Origin: a virus
Taxonomy: Duplodnaviria > Caudoviricetes
Virus record (IMG/VR): IMGVR_UViG_3300005611_001698
Span: 32,001-96,000 of that record
Reading direction: 5' to 3' (one strand)
Length of the DNA stretch: 64,000 nucleotides
The translations under genes were made by a program, and so were the position numbers. The notes below the pieces were generated by a model. It made no database searches. It had not been told where the DNA came from and saw only the letters and a program-made list of their open reading frames with translations. Below, piece by piece: positions 16,887-27,781 of the stretch (positions within the stretch are counted from its first letter, which is position 1; each line of letters starts with the position of its first letter).

Positions 16887-17733
16887 TTCTCCTCCTCACA
16901 TAATCAATTGTTTCATAATAGATTTTAAGTTCATCGGGAGTCATTCCTTTGAGAGTTTCATAAAGATTTTTGTTATTTTGAATGTGTGGATTAGTAAACC
17001 AAGAATTCATAGTTCTTACATGCTCCATGTGATAGATTGCTTGGTCAACTCTTCCAACTTTATATCCAAGTCTTTCAAATCTTTCAGGTCTTTCATTATC
17101 CTCATAACCGTATGAGATAAAGTTTTCGTTCTCCATTCCACCATCAATGTATGATTGTCGATTAAAGAACTGTGCCCAACCATAATCAGAGGTAGAGTTT
17201 TCTTTGTCGGGATGATTTGCAAATGAGTTTTCACAGAAGTCACTTTCAATCAGACTGTTAATGAGTTCTTGATTGACAGTAACTTTCTCTTGATAGTGAC
17301 CCTGACCATAAGGATAAACTAAATCATATCCTTCTTTCAGAATCATATCATATGCAATATTGTAGCTGCTAGTCGGAAAAATCACATCTGTGTCATAGTT
17401 AATCACAACATCAGTCTTGGATTCCATCAACATATCGTTGAGGATTCTGGTGCGATGAAAGATAGGATCTTTACTTTCTTCATAGATCAAAGTAACCGAA
17501 GACATATCTTCAATCAGGTTCTGCAACTGTGGTGCAGCATAACGTTGAAACTTTGATTCTTCATCTACCTCTTGAATAATAACATTAGTATCGAAATTTT
17601 TCAAGAGGTAAGTCAGACTGAGGACAATGTTACGCAAACGATCTTGACTCTCAATTCTGAGAGGCATAATAAACGTTGCATTTCTCAGATCAAACTTTGT
17701 AATCTCTGGTCTCTCTGTGTTTGTTTGTGACAT
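16873..17733 (-). CDS. Glycosyltransferase (GT2/GT7-like)
   Basis: DTD motif, GMENENFISYGYEDNE, YHMEH. Confidence 0.8.
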   Translation of the reverse strand: MSQTNTERPEITKFDLRNATFIMPLRIESQDRLRNIVLSLTYLLKNFDTNVIIQEVDEESKFQRYAAPQLQNLIEDMSSVTLIYEESKDPIFHRTRILNDMLMESKTDVVINYDTDVIFPTSSYNIAYDMILKEGYDLVYPYGQGHYQEKVTVNQELINSLIESDFCENSFANHPDKENSTSDYGWAQFFNRQSYIDGGMENENFISYGYEDNERPERFERLGYKVGRVDQAIYHMEHVRTMNSWFTNPHIQNNKNLYETLKGMTPDELKIYYETIDYVRRRNGQK

Positions 17734-18433
17734 ACTCTAACTCTTTGCTGTTTGCTTCCCATGATCCGTCTGGATGCTGGCACACAATATCAAAATCAAG
17801 ATTTGCAGAGATGCGATGGTCACCCTCCCTGCTGGCAACAAGAATATCTTCAATAATTTGTGGCATACCATGATGATACCTCATTCTATGATAGAACTCT
17901 GTGTCCATCAGCATCTTACACTCTGGATCAAAAAGTTCTACTGCTTCTTTTCTCATAGTGACAATAGAAGGACCGCCCATAAAGTTCTGTCCTTCTAGAA
18001 GACGTTCAGACCAACGTGGAACCATTGGTCTGTAAAAATCTTTTCCATTCTGAGTGTGGGAGAATCCAGTGACAACCCAAGATGCATTGGTATCTAAGAA
18101 CCTTTCTCTGATTCTCAGAAGAGCCAGTTCATCAGTAAAAACATCATCCTGAAACATGATCTTAATCAGATCGCCAGTACAGTGTTTGATGGCAACATTA
18201 GTATTGGCAGGACCATTTCCATGGTCATAGAAATTCCTTACATATATTAGGTTAAACCTATCAGAATATGTCTCGCAAAGATCAAGGATCTCGTTATTTT
18301 TTGAGTGATCGGATACAAGAACTTCAATATTTTTATATGACTGCTCTTGAATGCTCTCGAATAATTCTCTCAAATACTTTGAACCACATCCACGCATCTC
18401 ATAAGCAGGAATGACAATAGAAAATTTATTCAT
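17690..18433 (-). CDS. Glycosyltransferase family 2
   Basis: FSIVIPAY..EVLVSDHS..MFQDD. Confidence 0.88.
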   Translation of the reverse strand: MNKFSIVIPAYEMRGCGSKYLRELFESIQEQSYKNIEVLVSDHSKNNEILDLCETYSDRFNLIYVRNFYDHGNGPANTNVAIKHCTGDLIKIMFQDDVFTDELALLRIRERFLDTNASWVVTGFSHTQNGKDFYRPMVPRWSERLLEGQNFMGGPSIVTMRKEAVELFDPECKMLMDTEFYHRMRYHHGMPQIIEDILVASREGDHRISANLDFDIVCQHPDGSWEANSKELEYVTNKHRETRDYKV

Positions 18434-19314
18434 GTTCTAAAAGCTGCTCCAACACGTTTTGCCATTCTAAGGAAAGTGCTTTGCTTTCCAGTATCAAATG
18501 GTTGAGATAGAGCAAGTAAAAGAAAATCAATCACTGCTTCTTTAACATGTTCTGTTCCACGCTCAACGTTGAATACTGTGTGCCTTCCATCCTCATCAGT
18601 GTACGGATGGTGCCAATCTCCTTCTTCAATAAACTTTTCTGTTTTATATTCTTTTGGATAAGAGAAAGCATTGGGCAGTGTGCTAAATCGTGCCTCGGTT
18701 TCTGGATCATCAGAGCAAATAAAGAATTTGTTTTCCGTGTCTTCTTTGACTACATTGTACCAATGATCAACATCAAAAGACTCAATGCCCTTGAAGTCTG
18801 TCATGCGAAGATGAATACCGTAGTATCCACCTTGAAGATTTTGATCAAGATACTCAGAAACCTTTTTCATGATTTTATCATTAAACAAAAGGTTTCTAAT
18901 AGTATTTCTCACCTCTTGCTCAGGTAACCAATCGTAGATAAGTGGAGTATAGTAAAAAATATTCTTATCACTATTAGCAACGGCAATACATGCCTGTTCC
19001 AAAGTTAAAGAACCAGGATCAACCATCTTCATCGGACCATGTTCTCTAAACAATTGAACATGCTGATCGTTGACTGTCAAGAAATCATACTTATCCACAT
19101 GAGGATAAAACTCTTTGAGTCTCCAATCGACAACGTTCTCAACTGGTGCAAAGATATCATCCCATAAAGCACGACACATATTTGTGCTTGGCCAACTGAT
19201 GGTTGCAGGAAGTCCACACAGTCTTGCTAGTGTAAGACCTCCAATCAAACCACTATATCTGTTGCCAAAACTACCGTCACAACAGATATGAACATGTTTT
19301 ACATTTTCACTCAT
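18430..19314 (-). CDS. Fucosyltransferase-like protein (GT-B, NodZ/GT11-like)
   Basis: GSFGNR, GIHLRMTD, FFICSDD, DFLLLA. Confidence 0.7.
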   Translation of the reverse strand: MSENVKHVHICCDGSFGNRYSGLIGGLTLARLCGLPATISWPSTNMCRALWDDIFAPVENVVDWRLKEFYPHVDKYDFLTVNDQHVQLFREHGPMKMVDPGSLTLEQACIAVANSDKNIFYYTPLIYDWLPEQEVRNTIRNLLFNDKIMKKVSEYLDQNLQGGYYGIHLRMTDFKGIESFDVDHWYNVVKEDTENKFFICSDDPETEARFSTLPNAFSYPKEYKTEKFIEEGDWHHPYTDEDGRHTVFNVERGTEHVKEAVIDFLLLALSQPFDTGKQSTFLRMAKRVGAAFRT

Positions 19315-20137
19315 CGTTTCTGATGTCCTCGATTACAAATGCATCTGGTTCTTGTTTGAAGTATCCAACAACTGTATTACGATCTTGGAAAATCTGATCC
19401 CAATCATCAATGTTAGAAATGAAATCTTTCTTTTCTTTAACCTTAACCGTTGTCATACCCCATGATTCTGGGCGATGACGAACACGAATGTAATCATCTT
19501 CATATCTGAATCCTTGATTACCATACTTCTCAAACAGTTCTGTAATACCAAAGAAACGACCAACAGCAACCTCAGGACGATCCCATTTGAGACCTTTCTC
19601 TTGAACCTCAGGATGCCAAGTTAGATCATGCATTCCTTCTGGCCAGTTGGTATCATGGAAGACAATAAATCCACCCTCCTTCACATGAGGATACCAATGA
19701 TAAAGTTCACTTGCAACTTGACATGCAACATGAATAGAATCCACAAAAAGTAAACTCACTTCTCCATATTCATCGGTGTCCCAATACTTTCCAACACTAG
19801 AACTATCGCCTTGAATCAGATTATAGTTTGGAAACTCCCAAAGATCAAATCCTAGACGCCTAAACTGAGTATCTACACCGTAAACTTTATTGTCCCTCTC
19901 AATAGAATCATAGGTCATTGTAAGTGAAGAGACACCATAGTCAACTCCTAAGTCAACAAAGATATTTCCTTCACCACATTGATCTACAACTCTTGCGAGT
20001 TCATAGATGTTAGTTCCAAGATTACTAAATTGAAAGTTTTCTTCGGTGGAAAAGTTCCAACCACCATATTTTCCAGCACGAATACCAATACCAGGTACTA
20101 CTTGTGTATAATGATGTCCAGTCATATCAAAATCCAA
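19307..20137 (-). CDS. Class I SAM-dependent methyltransferase
   Basis: VDLGVDYGVS, LFVDSIH, GGFIVFHD. Confidence 0.82.
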   Translation of the reverse strand: MDFDMTGHHYTQVVPGIGIRAGKYGGWNFSTEENFQFSNLGTNIYELARVVDQCGEGNIFVDLGVDYGVSSLTMTYDSIERDNKVYGVDTQFRRLGFDLWEFPNYNLIQGDSSSVGKYWDTDEYGEVSLLFVDSIHVACQVASELYHWYPHVKEGGFIVFHDTNWPEGMHDLTWHPEVQEKGLKWDRPEVAVGRFFGITELFEKYGNQGFRYEDDYIRVRHRPESWGMTTVKVKEKKDFISNIDDWDQIFQDRNTVVGYFKQEPDAFVIEDIRNDE

Positions 20138-21458
20138 TTTTTTCGTTTTCGCAAAAGGGATAATTGTTTTCAGTCAAATAGTTATAGAGAACTGATTTGT
20201 ACTTTGAATTCTTTAATTCAGGAGTAAGTGAAAGAAACTCCTGTACGACATATTTATCAAGGTATGGGTATCGTGTTTCAATACCAAAAGACCCTGCGAC
20301 GTGTTCTTCTTTGGCGATGTAAGTTTCTTGTGAGCTTCCGTAGAATGATGCCCATGGGAAAATTGTTCTGAGATCATCAGGGAAAATACCACCAAAATTA
20401 CTATGTTGATATTTTTTTACTCCGCCGAATCCATAATCGGAGAAGATTTCGTCGGCACCTGATCCTGAAAGATAGACCTTGTTTCCGTCTCTGGTGGCAT
20501 GGTCACATATAAAAGCGAGAGAACCACCACCGTGATCATCGACAATATCCATTCCGTATTCATTGTAGTCGCTCGATGATGAGTGTATTGTATTTTTGAA
20601 AGGTTCAACGACAGACATAATGTATTGAACAATCATTCCACGATCTTGTTCGGGAAGAGTGTACACTTTATGTATAGAGTTATCATTAAAAATTTGATGG
20701 CGGCGATCAAGCACATCCATATTTTCTGTGCCAGTCAGAGTATATGCAGTATGTGGTACATTTTGTTTACGAAGTTCGCAAGCAATCGATCCACTATCAT
20801 ATCCACTGGACAATCCAATGAAGATTTTCTCTCGACAATTTTGAGTCCTCTTTCTGATTGCCTCAGAGAATGCAGCATTCCAATCATCAAAAGAATCCTT
20901 AGTTTGATTCAAATCAAAATCAAATAGAGTTCCCTGATCCTCGATACAATACTCTCTGGTGTGTGAATCAAATCCAATCAGTAGTCTGGTGTTTGCGGGA
21001 ACTTTCTTTGGATTTTTAAATCCAAGTCCCAAAAGTGCAGACTCGTATGAAGCCACACCAATCTCACCATCTTCAACACACCACCACAGTGGTTTGGTTG
21101 CAAAGACATCAGTTGAGAGAAGAATCTTTTGATTCCTGTAATCAACTAAACAAATAGCAAACTCACCATCTAAATGCCTTGGCATTCTAAATCCATACTG
21201 AAAATAACGAGGAATAATAATCTTCCCGTCACTATCATACCCATCTGCGTTATAAATCTCGCCGTTATATACAACTACAACTTCACGCTCTTCATCAACA
21301 AACGGTTGAGGTGTAAACTCACCAGTAATGCTGAGTAGATTATGCATAAAAAAATAATCTCCAACCTCAATGAGGTTGGTCTTATCAGGACCACGCCTCA
21401 CCATCAAACGGTTGGAGTCTGCATTTGGTTCTTTACTAGAAAAAAGAAAACTACACAT
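20127..21458 (-). CDS. Asparagine synthetase-like glutamine amidotransferase
   Basis: N-terminal Cys2, RRGPD, YNGEIYN, LSSGYDS, SGSGADE. Confidence 0.88.
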   Translation of the reverse strand: MCSFLFSSKEPNADSNRLMVRRGPDKTNLIEVGDYFFMHNLLSITGEFTPQPFVDEEREVVVVYNGEIYNADGYDSDGKIIIPRYFQYGFRMPRHLDGEFAICLVDYRNQKILLSTDVFATKPLWWCVEDGEIGVASYESALLGLGFKNPKKVPANTRLLIGFDSHTREYCIEDQGTLFDFDLNQTKDSFDDWNAAFSEAIRKRTQNCREKIFIGLSSGYDSGSIACELRKQNVPHTAYTLTGTENMDVLDRRHQIFNDNSIHKVYTLPEQDRGMIVQYIMSVVEPFKNTIHSSSSDYNEYGMDIVDDHGGGSLAFICDHATRDGNKVYLSGSGADEIFSDYGFGGVKKYQHSNFGGIFPDDLRTIFPWASFYGSSQETYIAKEEHVAGSFGIETRYPYLDKYVVQEFLSLTPELKNSKYKSVLYNYLTENNYPFCENEKIGF

Positions 21459-22176
21459 CTGGGGACAGAAAATTATGTACTCTACTGTGATTTGAGTTTC
21501 TTACCTGAGGAAGAATACTGTTTCTCATGATTCCATTTGCATTACCAGGCATAATAGCAGGTGTGATGCGATGTGCTGTCAAAGCAAAAGGAAGACTCAG
21601 TTGATCACGTGAAGAATACTTACAGATCAACTCCCACCATGTTAGCATAAGTGCTTGGATTTGTGGAGTATTTCTTTGAATTCTGCATGGAAGTTCATAT
21701 AATCCAATTTCCTCAGCATAACCACAAGACTTATAAAAGTTCATCTGAGACTGAACATTATATCCTTTATCAAACTTTGTTGCTAAAATAATATCTGCCT
21801 CTCGATACACACAGTTACGTTCAGGATGTTTGAATAGAGCAATATCAGCATCCTTCAAATACATTTCAATAATCTGTTTTGGATCCATCGCAACCATGTG
21901 AGTTGAATCAATCCAAATATAGTAATCGTATCCAGGAAGAAACAGATGAGGGAGGACTTTAAATATTTTTGCGTGTCTACGATTAGTATAAGTTCTATCA
22001 GTTGTCCATTGAGGAACTGGATGAAACTTCCACATTGATTCAGTGGGACGTTCTAACCCAGAGGTAAAGTCCACAAAGGCATGGTAATCCACACCCTCAA
22101 AAGGATTAGCAGATTCAACGGGAAGACCAGCACCAACAGATGCTGTTACGACTGCGATTTTCATAAACGAATCCAA
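21451..22176 (-). CDS. DUF616-family putative glycosyltransferase
   Basis: KVLPHLF..YIWID..HPERNCVY.E..SRDQLS. Confidence 0.8.
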   Translation of the reverse strand: MDSFMKIAVVTASVGAGLPVESANPFEGVDYHAFVDFTSGLERPTESMWKFHPVPQWTTDRTYTNRRHAKIFKVLPHLFLPGYDYYIWIDSTHMVAMDPKQIIEMYLKDADIALFKHPERNCVYREADIILATKFDKGYNVQSQMNFYKSCGYAEEIGLYELPCRIQRNTPQIQALMLTWWELICKYSSRDQLSLPFALTAHRITPAIMPGNANGIMRNSILPQVRNSNHSRVHNFLSPDV

Positions 22177-23021
22177 TTACGATTTTCAGGAATCAAATCT
22201 TTGGTATCATGGCTTGCATAAGCAGGACCAAACCACTTCACGGGAGATACCAGAGTACGAGTGCGGTTCTTTTGAAGGAATGCACCCCACCATGATAGCG
22301 AACTATTAGCAGTGATGCCACCATCACACAGAGACATCAGACATAGATCAACAAATGGAACCAAGGCACCATCTTCATGCTTATCAGTAGACTCAGAGAA
22401 GTTGAAACGATCATCAGAGAAGAACTCTTGCTCTTTACACCAATCAATTGAATCGGAAAATACGATTACAGGTACATCATCTGGGAACTGTTTCAGTGCT
22501 TCCTCATAGTATTCCAGAGTCTGTACAGGATGTTGATCTTGTAGATTTACATATGCCCACTTGAATCCACGCTTGTCAGCAAGATTAGGATCACCGCGAC
22601 GAACGTGCAACATGATGGGACGAGTTTCAAAACTCTTCATCATTTCTTGACATGGTTCAAGAATACCTTTCTTGAACTCAAAATCCTGACGGATATCGTT
22701 CTCAATATGTGCCCAATATTTAATGGTCTGATAGAAACCATAAAGGTTTACATTATCTGGACATTTTTCAAACAGCATTTCATTGAAATGAAACTGTCCT
22801 TCCTGCACATATTGCTCTGATGGATAAAATCCAATATTCCTGTCAGCAACATTAGTCAGTTTAAAACAGTCATGAAGACCATAGTTATCTACGCTGTCAT
22901 ACGGTGGTGGAAACATGAAGTCATATTCATGCCGTGCTGCAATGCCACGCAGAGCAGCATACTGGAACATCTGATTACCCAGACGCCCATTGTTTCCCAA
23001 ACCATTATATCCAATACTCAT
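22161..23021 (-). CDS. alpha-1,2-fucosyl/colitosyltransferase (GT11)
   Basis: GRLGNQMFQYA, HVRRGD, ANSSLSWWGA. Confidence 0.9.
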   Translation of the reverse strand: MSIGYNGLGNNGRLGNQMFQYAALRGIAARHEYDFMFPPPYDSVDNYGLHDCFKLTNVADRNIGFYPSEQYVQEGQFHFNEMLFEKCPDNVNLYGFYQTIKYWAHIENDIRQDFEFKKGILEPCQEMMKSFETRPIMLHVRRGDPNLADKRGFKWAYVNLQDQHPVQTLEYYEEALKQFPDDVPVIVFSDSIDWCKEQEFFSDDRFNFSESTDKHEDGALVPFVDLCLMSLCDGGITANSSLSWWGAFLQKNRTRTLVSPVKWFGPAYASHDTKDLIPENRNWIRL

Positions 23022-23878
23022 CCTCTTTCCTCCTTCATTTGATTGAATACTTTTGCAATACCATCTTGAATATTAGTTTTCGGCATCCACCAACCACTAA
23101 TATAAGTGTCTGCCTCATTCTTTTTATTCTGTTGTACTGTATCTTTTGCCTCTGCTGGCTTAAAGATAACTGTCTTATTGATCAGATTGAACTGTCCAGT
23201 AATTATCTGAGCAATCTCTTTGATCGTTGTTGTGTTAAAAGATGTGATGTGAAGAGGATCATCAATCTTGAAGTCAGTGAAAGAGTTCATCACTTCTTCA
23301 AGTGCCTCACAACAATCCTCAGCATACAAGAACTGACGTTCCTCAGTGCCATCAGTCAGCATCTCAACAGTGCCACCATCCTCAACTTCAAATCCTTTAC
23401 GGATGAAGTCAGTAATGACGTGAGACTTCTCTTCATCATGCTCAATACCATACACGTTCCAGAACTTAACGGTCAGTCCTTTGAGAGCACGGGTATAAAG
23501 TTCACCCACACGTTTCAGAACACCATACGGAGAGTAACTCATGTTGCTCATTTGAGATGATGCAAACACAAACGGTTTCTTATACTTTTCCAAGAACCCA
23601 AACGTTTGTGCCATCAGCCTGGTGTTGTTGTTGATGAAGTCAAACGTGTGTTGATACTTGGCCAGATAACGTGAACCACCAACATCAAATGCAAGGAAGA
23701 ATACAAAGTCACTGTCTTGAATCTTCCTTTCAAGAATCTGATTGGGAAAATAAGTTAGGTCTTCAAGAGGTGATCTAACAATATCAAACTCATAGACCTT
23801 GTAACCTTTGTCACGAAGGTAAGTTGTCAAGTAGGCACCAATCTGCCCACTCGACCCAAGAATAGTTACAGTCTTCAT
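23018..23878 (-). CDS. NAD-dependent nucleotide-sugar epimerase/dehydratase
   Basis: GSSGQIG, YGVLK. Confidence 0.88.
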   Translation of the reverse strand: MKTVTILGSSGQIGAYLTTYLRDKGYKVYEFDIVRSPLEDLTYFPNQILERKIQDSDFVFFLAFDVGGSRYLAKYQHTFDFINNNTRLMAQTFGFLEKYKKPFVFASSQMSNMSYSPYGVLKRVGELYTRALKGLTVKFWNVYGIEHDEEKSHVITDFIRKGFEVEDGGTVEMLTDGTEERQFLYAEDCCEALEEVMNSFTDFKIDDPLHITSFNTTTIKEIAQIITGQFNLINKTVIFKPAEAKDTVQQNKKNEADTYISGWWMPKTNIQDGIAKVFNQMKEERG

Positions 23879-24933
23879 TTCTTAGCAGCAATTTGTTCAG
23901 AGATCCATGCGTAAGTTTGTGCAATACCCTCTTCAAGAGTTGTGCTGTAATCCCATTGCAGTTTCTCGCGGATCAGATCATTGTTAGAGTTGCGACCACG
24001 AACACCCAGAGGACCATCAATGTGCTCAATATTGATGGTTTTGCCAGCAACCTTAGCAACAGTTTCCACAAGGCGATTGATCGTCACCATCTCCTCAGAA
24101 CCAATGTTTACAGGACCAAGGAAATCAGATTCCATCAGACGACGGGTGGCTTCAATACACTCATCAATGTAAAGGAATGAACGAGTCTGTTCTCCATCAC
24201 CCCATACTTCAATGGTGCCACCATCCTCAGCATATGCAACCTTACGACACATAGCAGCAGGAGACTTCTCCTTACCACCTTCCCAGGTGCTATCAGGACC
24301 GTAGATGTTATGGAAGCGAGCAATCCTAACAGGAATGCCATGATTACGATTGAACGTCAAATACAGACGCTCAGAGAACAGTTTCTCCCAACCATACTCA
24401 GAGTCAGGACCAGCAGGATATGCATCAGACTCTTTCAGTCCAGGATTGTCTACATCCATCTGAGCATACTCAGGATACATGCAAGCAGAGGATGAATAGA
24501 AGATCTTGGTTTTATTAATTTCTTTTTTCTTATTCAGTTCAAGTTGTGATTTGAGGATGTTAAGGTTGATAGAAGCAGAGTTATACATTACCTCCGAATC
24601 ATTTTCTCCACTGAAAATGTATCCAGCACCACCCATATCAGCAGCATACTGATAGATCTCATTAAAAGGTTGTTGAAATGATTCAGGAGTCTGATGATAA
24701 AAGTTACCTTGCTCACCAGAAAAGCGAATCACACGATCAACAAACTTTTGGTCTGTCAGATTTCCGATGATGAATTCGTCCGCAGCAGACTGCGAATATT
24801 CAGGAAGTTTAACGTCCACTCCACGAACCCAATATCCCTCTTCTTTTAGTCGGCGGACCATGTGACTGCCGATGAAACCACCAGCACCACATACAAGTGC
24901 AGTCTTAGTCATGATAGTTGATGTAATCCTCAA
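23875..24933 (-). CDS. GDP-mannose 3,5-epimerase-like protein
   Basis: GAGGFIG, AADMGG, SSSACMYP, YGWEK, RFHNIYGP, GVRGRNSNN. Confidence 0.88.
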   Translation of the reverse strand: MRITSTIMTKTALVCGAGGFIGSHMVRRLKEEGYWVRGVDVKLPEYSQSAADEFIIGNLTDQKFVDRVIRFSGEQGNFYHQTPESFQQPFNEIYQYAADMGGAGYIFSGENDSEVMYNSASINLNILKSQLELNKKKEINKTKIFYSSSACMYPEYAQMDVDNPGLKESDAYPAGPDSEYGWEKLFSERLYLTFNRNHGIPVRIARFHNIYGPDSTWEGGKEKSPAAMCRKVAYAEDGGTIEVWGDGEQTRSFLYIDECIEATRRLMESDFLGPVNIGSEEMVTINRLVETVAKVAGKTINIEHIDGPLGVRGRNSNNDLIREKLQWDYSTTLEEGIAQTYAWISEQIAAKK

Positions 24934-25672
24934 TAGTTGTTCTTACTCTTGCGTGAAAGTCCCAGTATTCTTTGGACCTTTCAAAGTTTTCATTGATAAT
25001 ATCTACACGATCATCATAAAACTTTTCGTCGAGATTGTCAAGAATATCTTTGAGCTCCTCGATAGTATTAAAGATAATCATGCCATCGGTATTAAAGTAT
25101 TCCCCGATGTTTGATGCACCCCAATAAATTGGAATAGTTCTAGTGGCAAGACAATCGATCAGTTTCTCCGTGATCCAATTGTTTCGTTGCTCATTCTCTA
25201 CAACTATGTGGTATTTAGTAACTTCAAACAGGAAGTCCTTTGTCGGTATTCGCGGTGGTGATTTATGTTTGATGATACCAAAACCGTTAAGATCTTCTGC
25301 ATCTTCAAGACCTTCCCAAATTTGCTGGCGAAGTTGGTGACCTGGTGCCCAACCTTTATTACTAGTGTTGAATGAGATATATTTTCCTTTGTTTGGTTCA
25401 AAAGTTTCTTGATCAATCCAACAAGATCCAAACACAAACTTTCTAGCATTAGGAAGATCAAGAAGATCCTCTCGCCAAGTAAGAATTAAATCCCACAGTT
25501 TCCAGTTAGATCTAACTTGTGGAGCAATATCTAAAATCGACGGTGGTTCAATAAGAACTAAAATATTTAAATCACACTCACTTTTATATGAAAGAGAGTC
25601 ATAGGAGATATGAACCTTTTTACTGTATTGTCCCTCAGATGAAAGAGTACCTGAACAAATTACGTCAAACAC
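24905..25672 (-). CDS. Glycosyltransferase family 10-like protein
   Basis: YHIVVENE..NWITEKLIDC..TIPIYWG. Confidence 0.8.
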   Translation of the reverse strand: MFDVICSGTLSSEGQYSKKVHISYDSLSYKSECDLNILVLIEPPSILDIAPQVRSNWKLWDLILTWREDLLDLPNARKFVFGSCWIDQETFEPNKGKYISFNTSNKGWAPGHQLRQQIWEGLEDAEDLNGFGIIKHKSPPRIPTKDFLFEVTKYHIVVENEQRNNWITEKLIDCLATRTIPIYWGASNIGEYFNTDGMIIFNTIEELKDILDNLDEKFYDDRVDIINENFERSKEYWDFHARVRTTIEDYINYHD

Positions 25673-26855
25673 TTGGATAAACCTCCTCCATGATTTCTAA
25701 AAGTCTATCTACTTTTTTCTTAGTTACAAACTGACTGTTACCAACATACAAACCATGTTTGTGCAAAGTTTCTACATTGGGATCACTCCTTTTGGTGCAA
25801 AGTTTATACTCTTTAAAAGCAGGATGACGAAGTAAGTTTCCACTGATGATGGGGCGATATTCAATTTCGTTTTCCTTCAAGGTATTTTTCAAAGTAGAAA
25901 CAACTTGTGAAGGAGAGTTTGGCATCATAATAGGGATGATTGGGAAAGAAAAACTGCTGTTGCCAACTCTATATTCTGGAATCATATAGTTTGGAAGATG
26001 AATGACTCCATCAAAATATCTCTTGTAGTTTTCTCTACGAATCTCAATATTCTTATCAAGTCTCTTGATTTGTGATAGTCCAAGCACGGCACAGATTTCA
26101 TGATTACGGAAGTTATATCCATCAGTCATGAACAAGAATGCAGGATCAATATCTGGATTCTCTTCACTATATTTTTTAAACATATGTGGAGATCCTTCAC
26201 GTGCCATGCCATGGCTACGCTTCATTCTCATTAGTTCATATAGTTCAGTGTTATTGGTGCAAACCATACCACCTTCAATGGTGGTCATGTGATGACCGAA
26301 ATAGAAACTAAAAGTAGATCCAATCGAATTACTGCCACGTTTTGTGCCATCTGGACCTTGAACTCCATGAGATTCACAAACATCTTCAAGAATCAATGCC
26401 TCAGGGAAGATCTCACGAATCCTTTCCACGCGAGCAGATAATCCAATCAAGTGAGTGATGAATACTGCTTTAATATCTGGATGCTGTTCCGCAACATATT
26501 TCAACTCATCAGTGTCAAAAGAAAAATTACGTAGATTAATATCACAAAAGATGGGTTGAAGTCCTGCCTGAATCACAGGAGCAACATTTGTCATCCATGT
26601 TGTGGCAGGAACAAGAACTTTATCACCATTCTCTAATCCATAATGTTCCTTTACAGCAGCAATCAATAAAGAGTTTGCAGTGCTACCACTAGAAACATAC
26701 AGAGAATGTTTAACACCTAACCACTCAGACCACTTTTTTTCAAACTCACGAACCTTAGGTCCATTAGTAAGTCTGCTACTGGTCAGCACAAATGCTGCCA
26801 TCTTCAAACGATCTTTAAATGAAATCGTGTCTTCCATCAAAGGCCAATACATCAC
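25665..26855 (-). CDS. PLP-dependent GDP-4-keto-6-deoxymannose 3-dehydratase (ColD-like, DegT family)
   Basis: SSGSTAN, EDVCES, FSFYFGHHMTTIEGG with His at the Schiff-base Lys position. Confidence 0.8.
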   Translation of the reverse strand: MMYWPLMEDTISFKDRLKMAAFVLTSSRLTNGPKVREFEKKWSEWLGVKHSLYVSSGSTANSLLIAAVKEHYGLENGDKVLVPATTWMTNVAPVIQAGLQPIFCDINLRNFSFDTDELKYVAEQHPDIKAVFITHLIGLSARVERIREIFPEALILEDVCESHGVQGPDGTKRGSNSIGSTFSFYFGHHMTTIEGGMVCTNNTELYELMRMKRSHGMAREGSPHMFKKYSEENPDIDPAFLFMTDGYNFRNHEICAVLGLSQIKRLDKNIEIRRENYKRYFDGVIHLPNYMIPEYRVGNSSFSFPIIPIMMPNSPSQVVSTLKNTLKENEIEYRPIISGNLLRHPAFKEYKLCTKRSDPNVETLHKHGLYVGNSQFVTKKKVDRLLEIMEEVYPSV

Positions 26856-27781
26856 TTTTCCTCCAATTTAAAGTATTCATAAGTTAGATGAAGACCAAGA
26901 TCAAGAGTTGTTTGAGGTTTCCATCCCAAATTTTTGAGTTTAGTTGTATCCAATAAACGCTGTTTCATACCCTCAGGTTTAGTTGTATCCCAACCAATTT
27001 CACCTTCATATCCTACCACATCAACAATGTGAGAAACAAGTTCTTTGATTGATACATCACGTCCAACACCAACATTAATGATTTCAGAGTCATCATAGTT
27101 GTTCATCAAGAAGATAAGTGCATCTGCAAGGTCTTCCACATAGATGAACTCACGTCTTGCTGATCCAGTTCCCCAACATTCAATTCTTTCCTTACCGCCA
27201 ACTTTTGCTTCATGAAATCTGCGAATCAATCCAGCAATCACATGACTTGTTTGTGGATTGAAGTTGTCTTTTGGACCATAAACATTTGATGGTTGAGCAC
27301 AAATAAAGTTGGTTCCATACTGTTTGTTATATGCCTGACATAGTTTGATGCCAGTAATCTTAGCAAGAGAGTATGCTTCATTTGTTGGTTCAAGATATCC
27401 AGAAAGAAGATGATCTTCACGAATAGGTTGCTCACATTCTTTTGGATAGATGCAAGCAGAACCAAGAAACAACAGTTTCTTCACACTAATTTTATGTGCA
27501 GCAGAGATAACACTATTTTGAATCTTCAAGTTATCTTCAAGAAACTGAACAGGATGATCGATATTATCTTTGATACCACCACACCTTGCAGCAGCTAGAA
27601 AAACATAATCTGGTTTGGTCTCTTTAAAAAAGTTCAGCGTTGTATCTTCATCACGAAGATCAAGATCTTTTTTAGATGCTAAAATTAGATTAGTATAACC
27701 TTGTTCCCTGAGAGTACGAACAATTGCTGATCCCACAAGACCTTTATGACCAGCAACGAAGATCTTATCATTCGTATGCAT
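26852..27781 (-). CDS. fcl: GDP-L-fucose synthase / GDP-colitose synthase
   Basis: [41 protein letters not shown]. Confidence 0.92.
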   Translation of the reverse strand: MHTNDKIFVAGHKGLVGSAIVRTLREQGYTNLILASKKDLDLRDEDTTLNFFKETKPDYVFLAAARCGGIKDNIDHPVQFLEDNLKIQNSVISAAHKISVKKLLFLGSACIYPKECEQPIREDHLLSGYLEPTNEAYSLAKITGIKLCQAYNKQYGTNFICAQPSNVYGPKDNFNPQTSHVIAGLIRRFHEAKVGGKERIECWGTGSARREFIYVEDLADALIFLMNNYDDSEIINVGVGRDVSIKELVSHIVDVVGYEGEIGWDTTKPEGMKQRLLDTTKLKNLGWKPQTTLDLGLHLTYEYFKLEEK

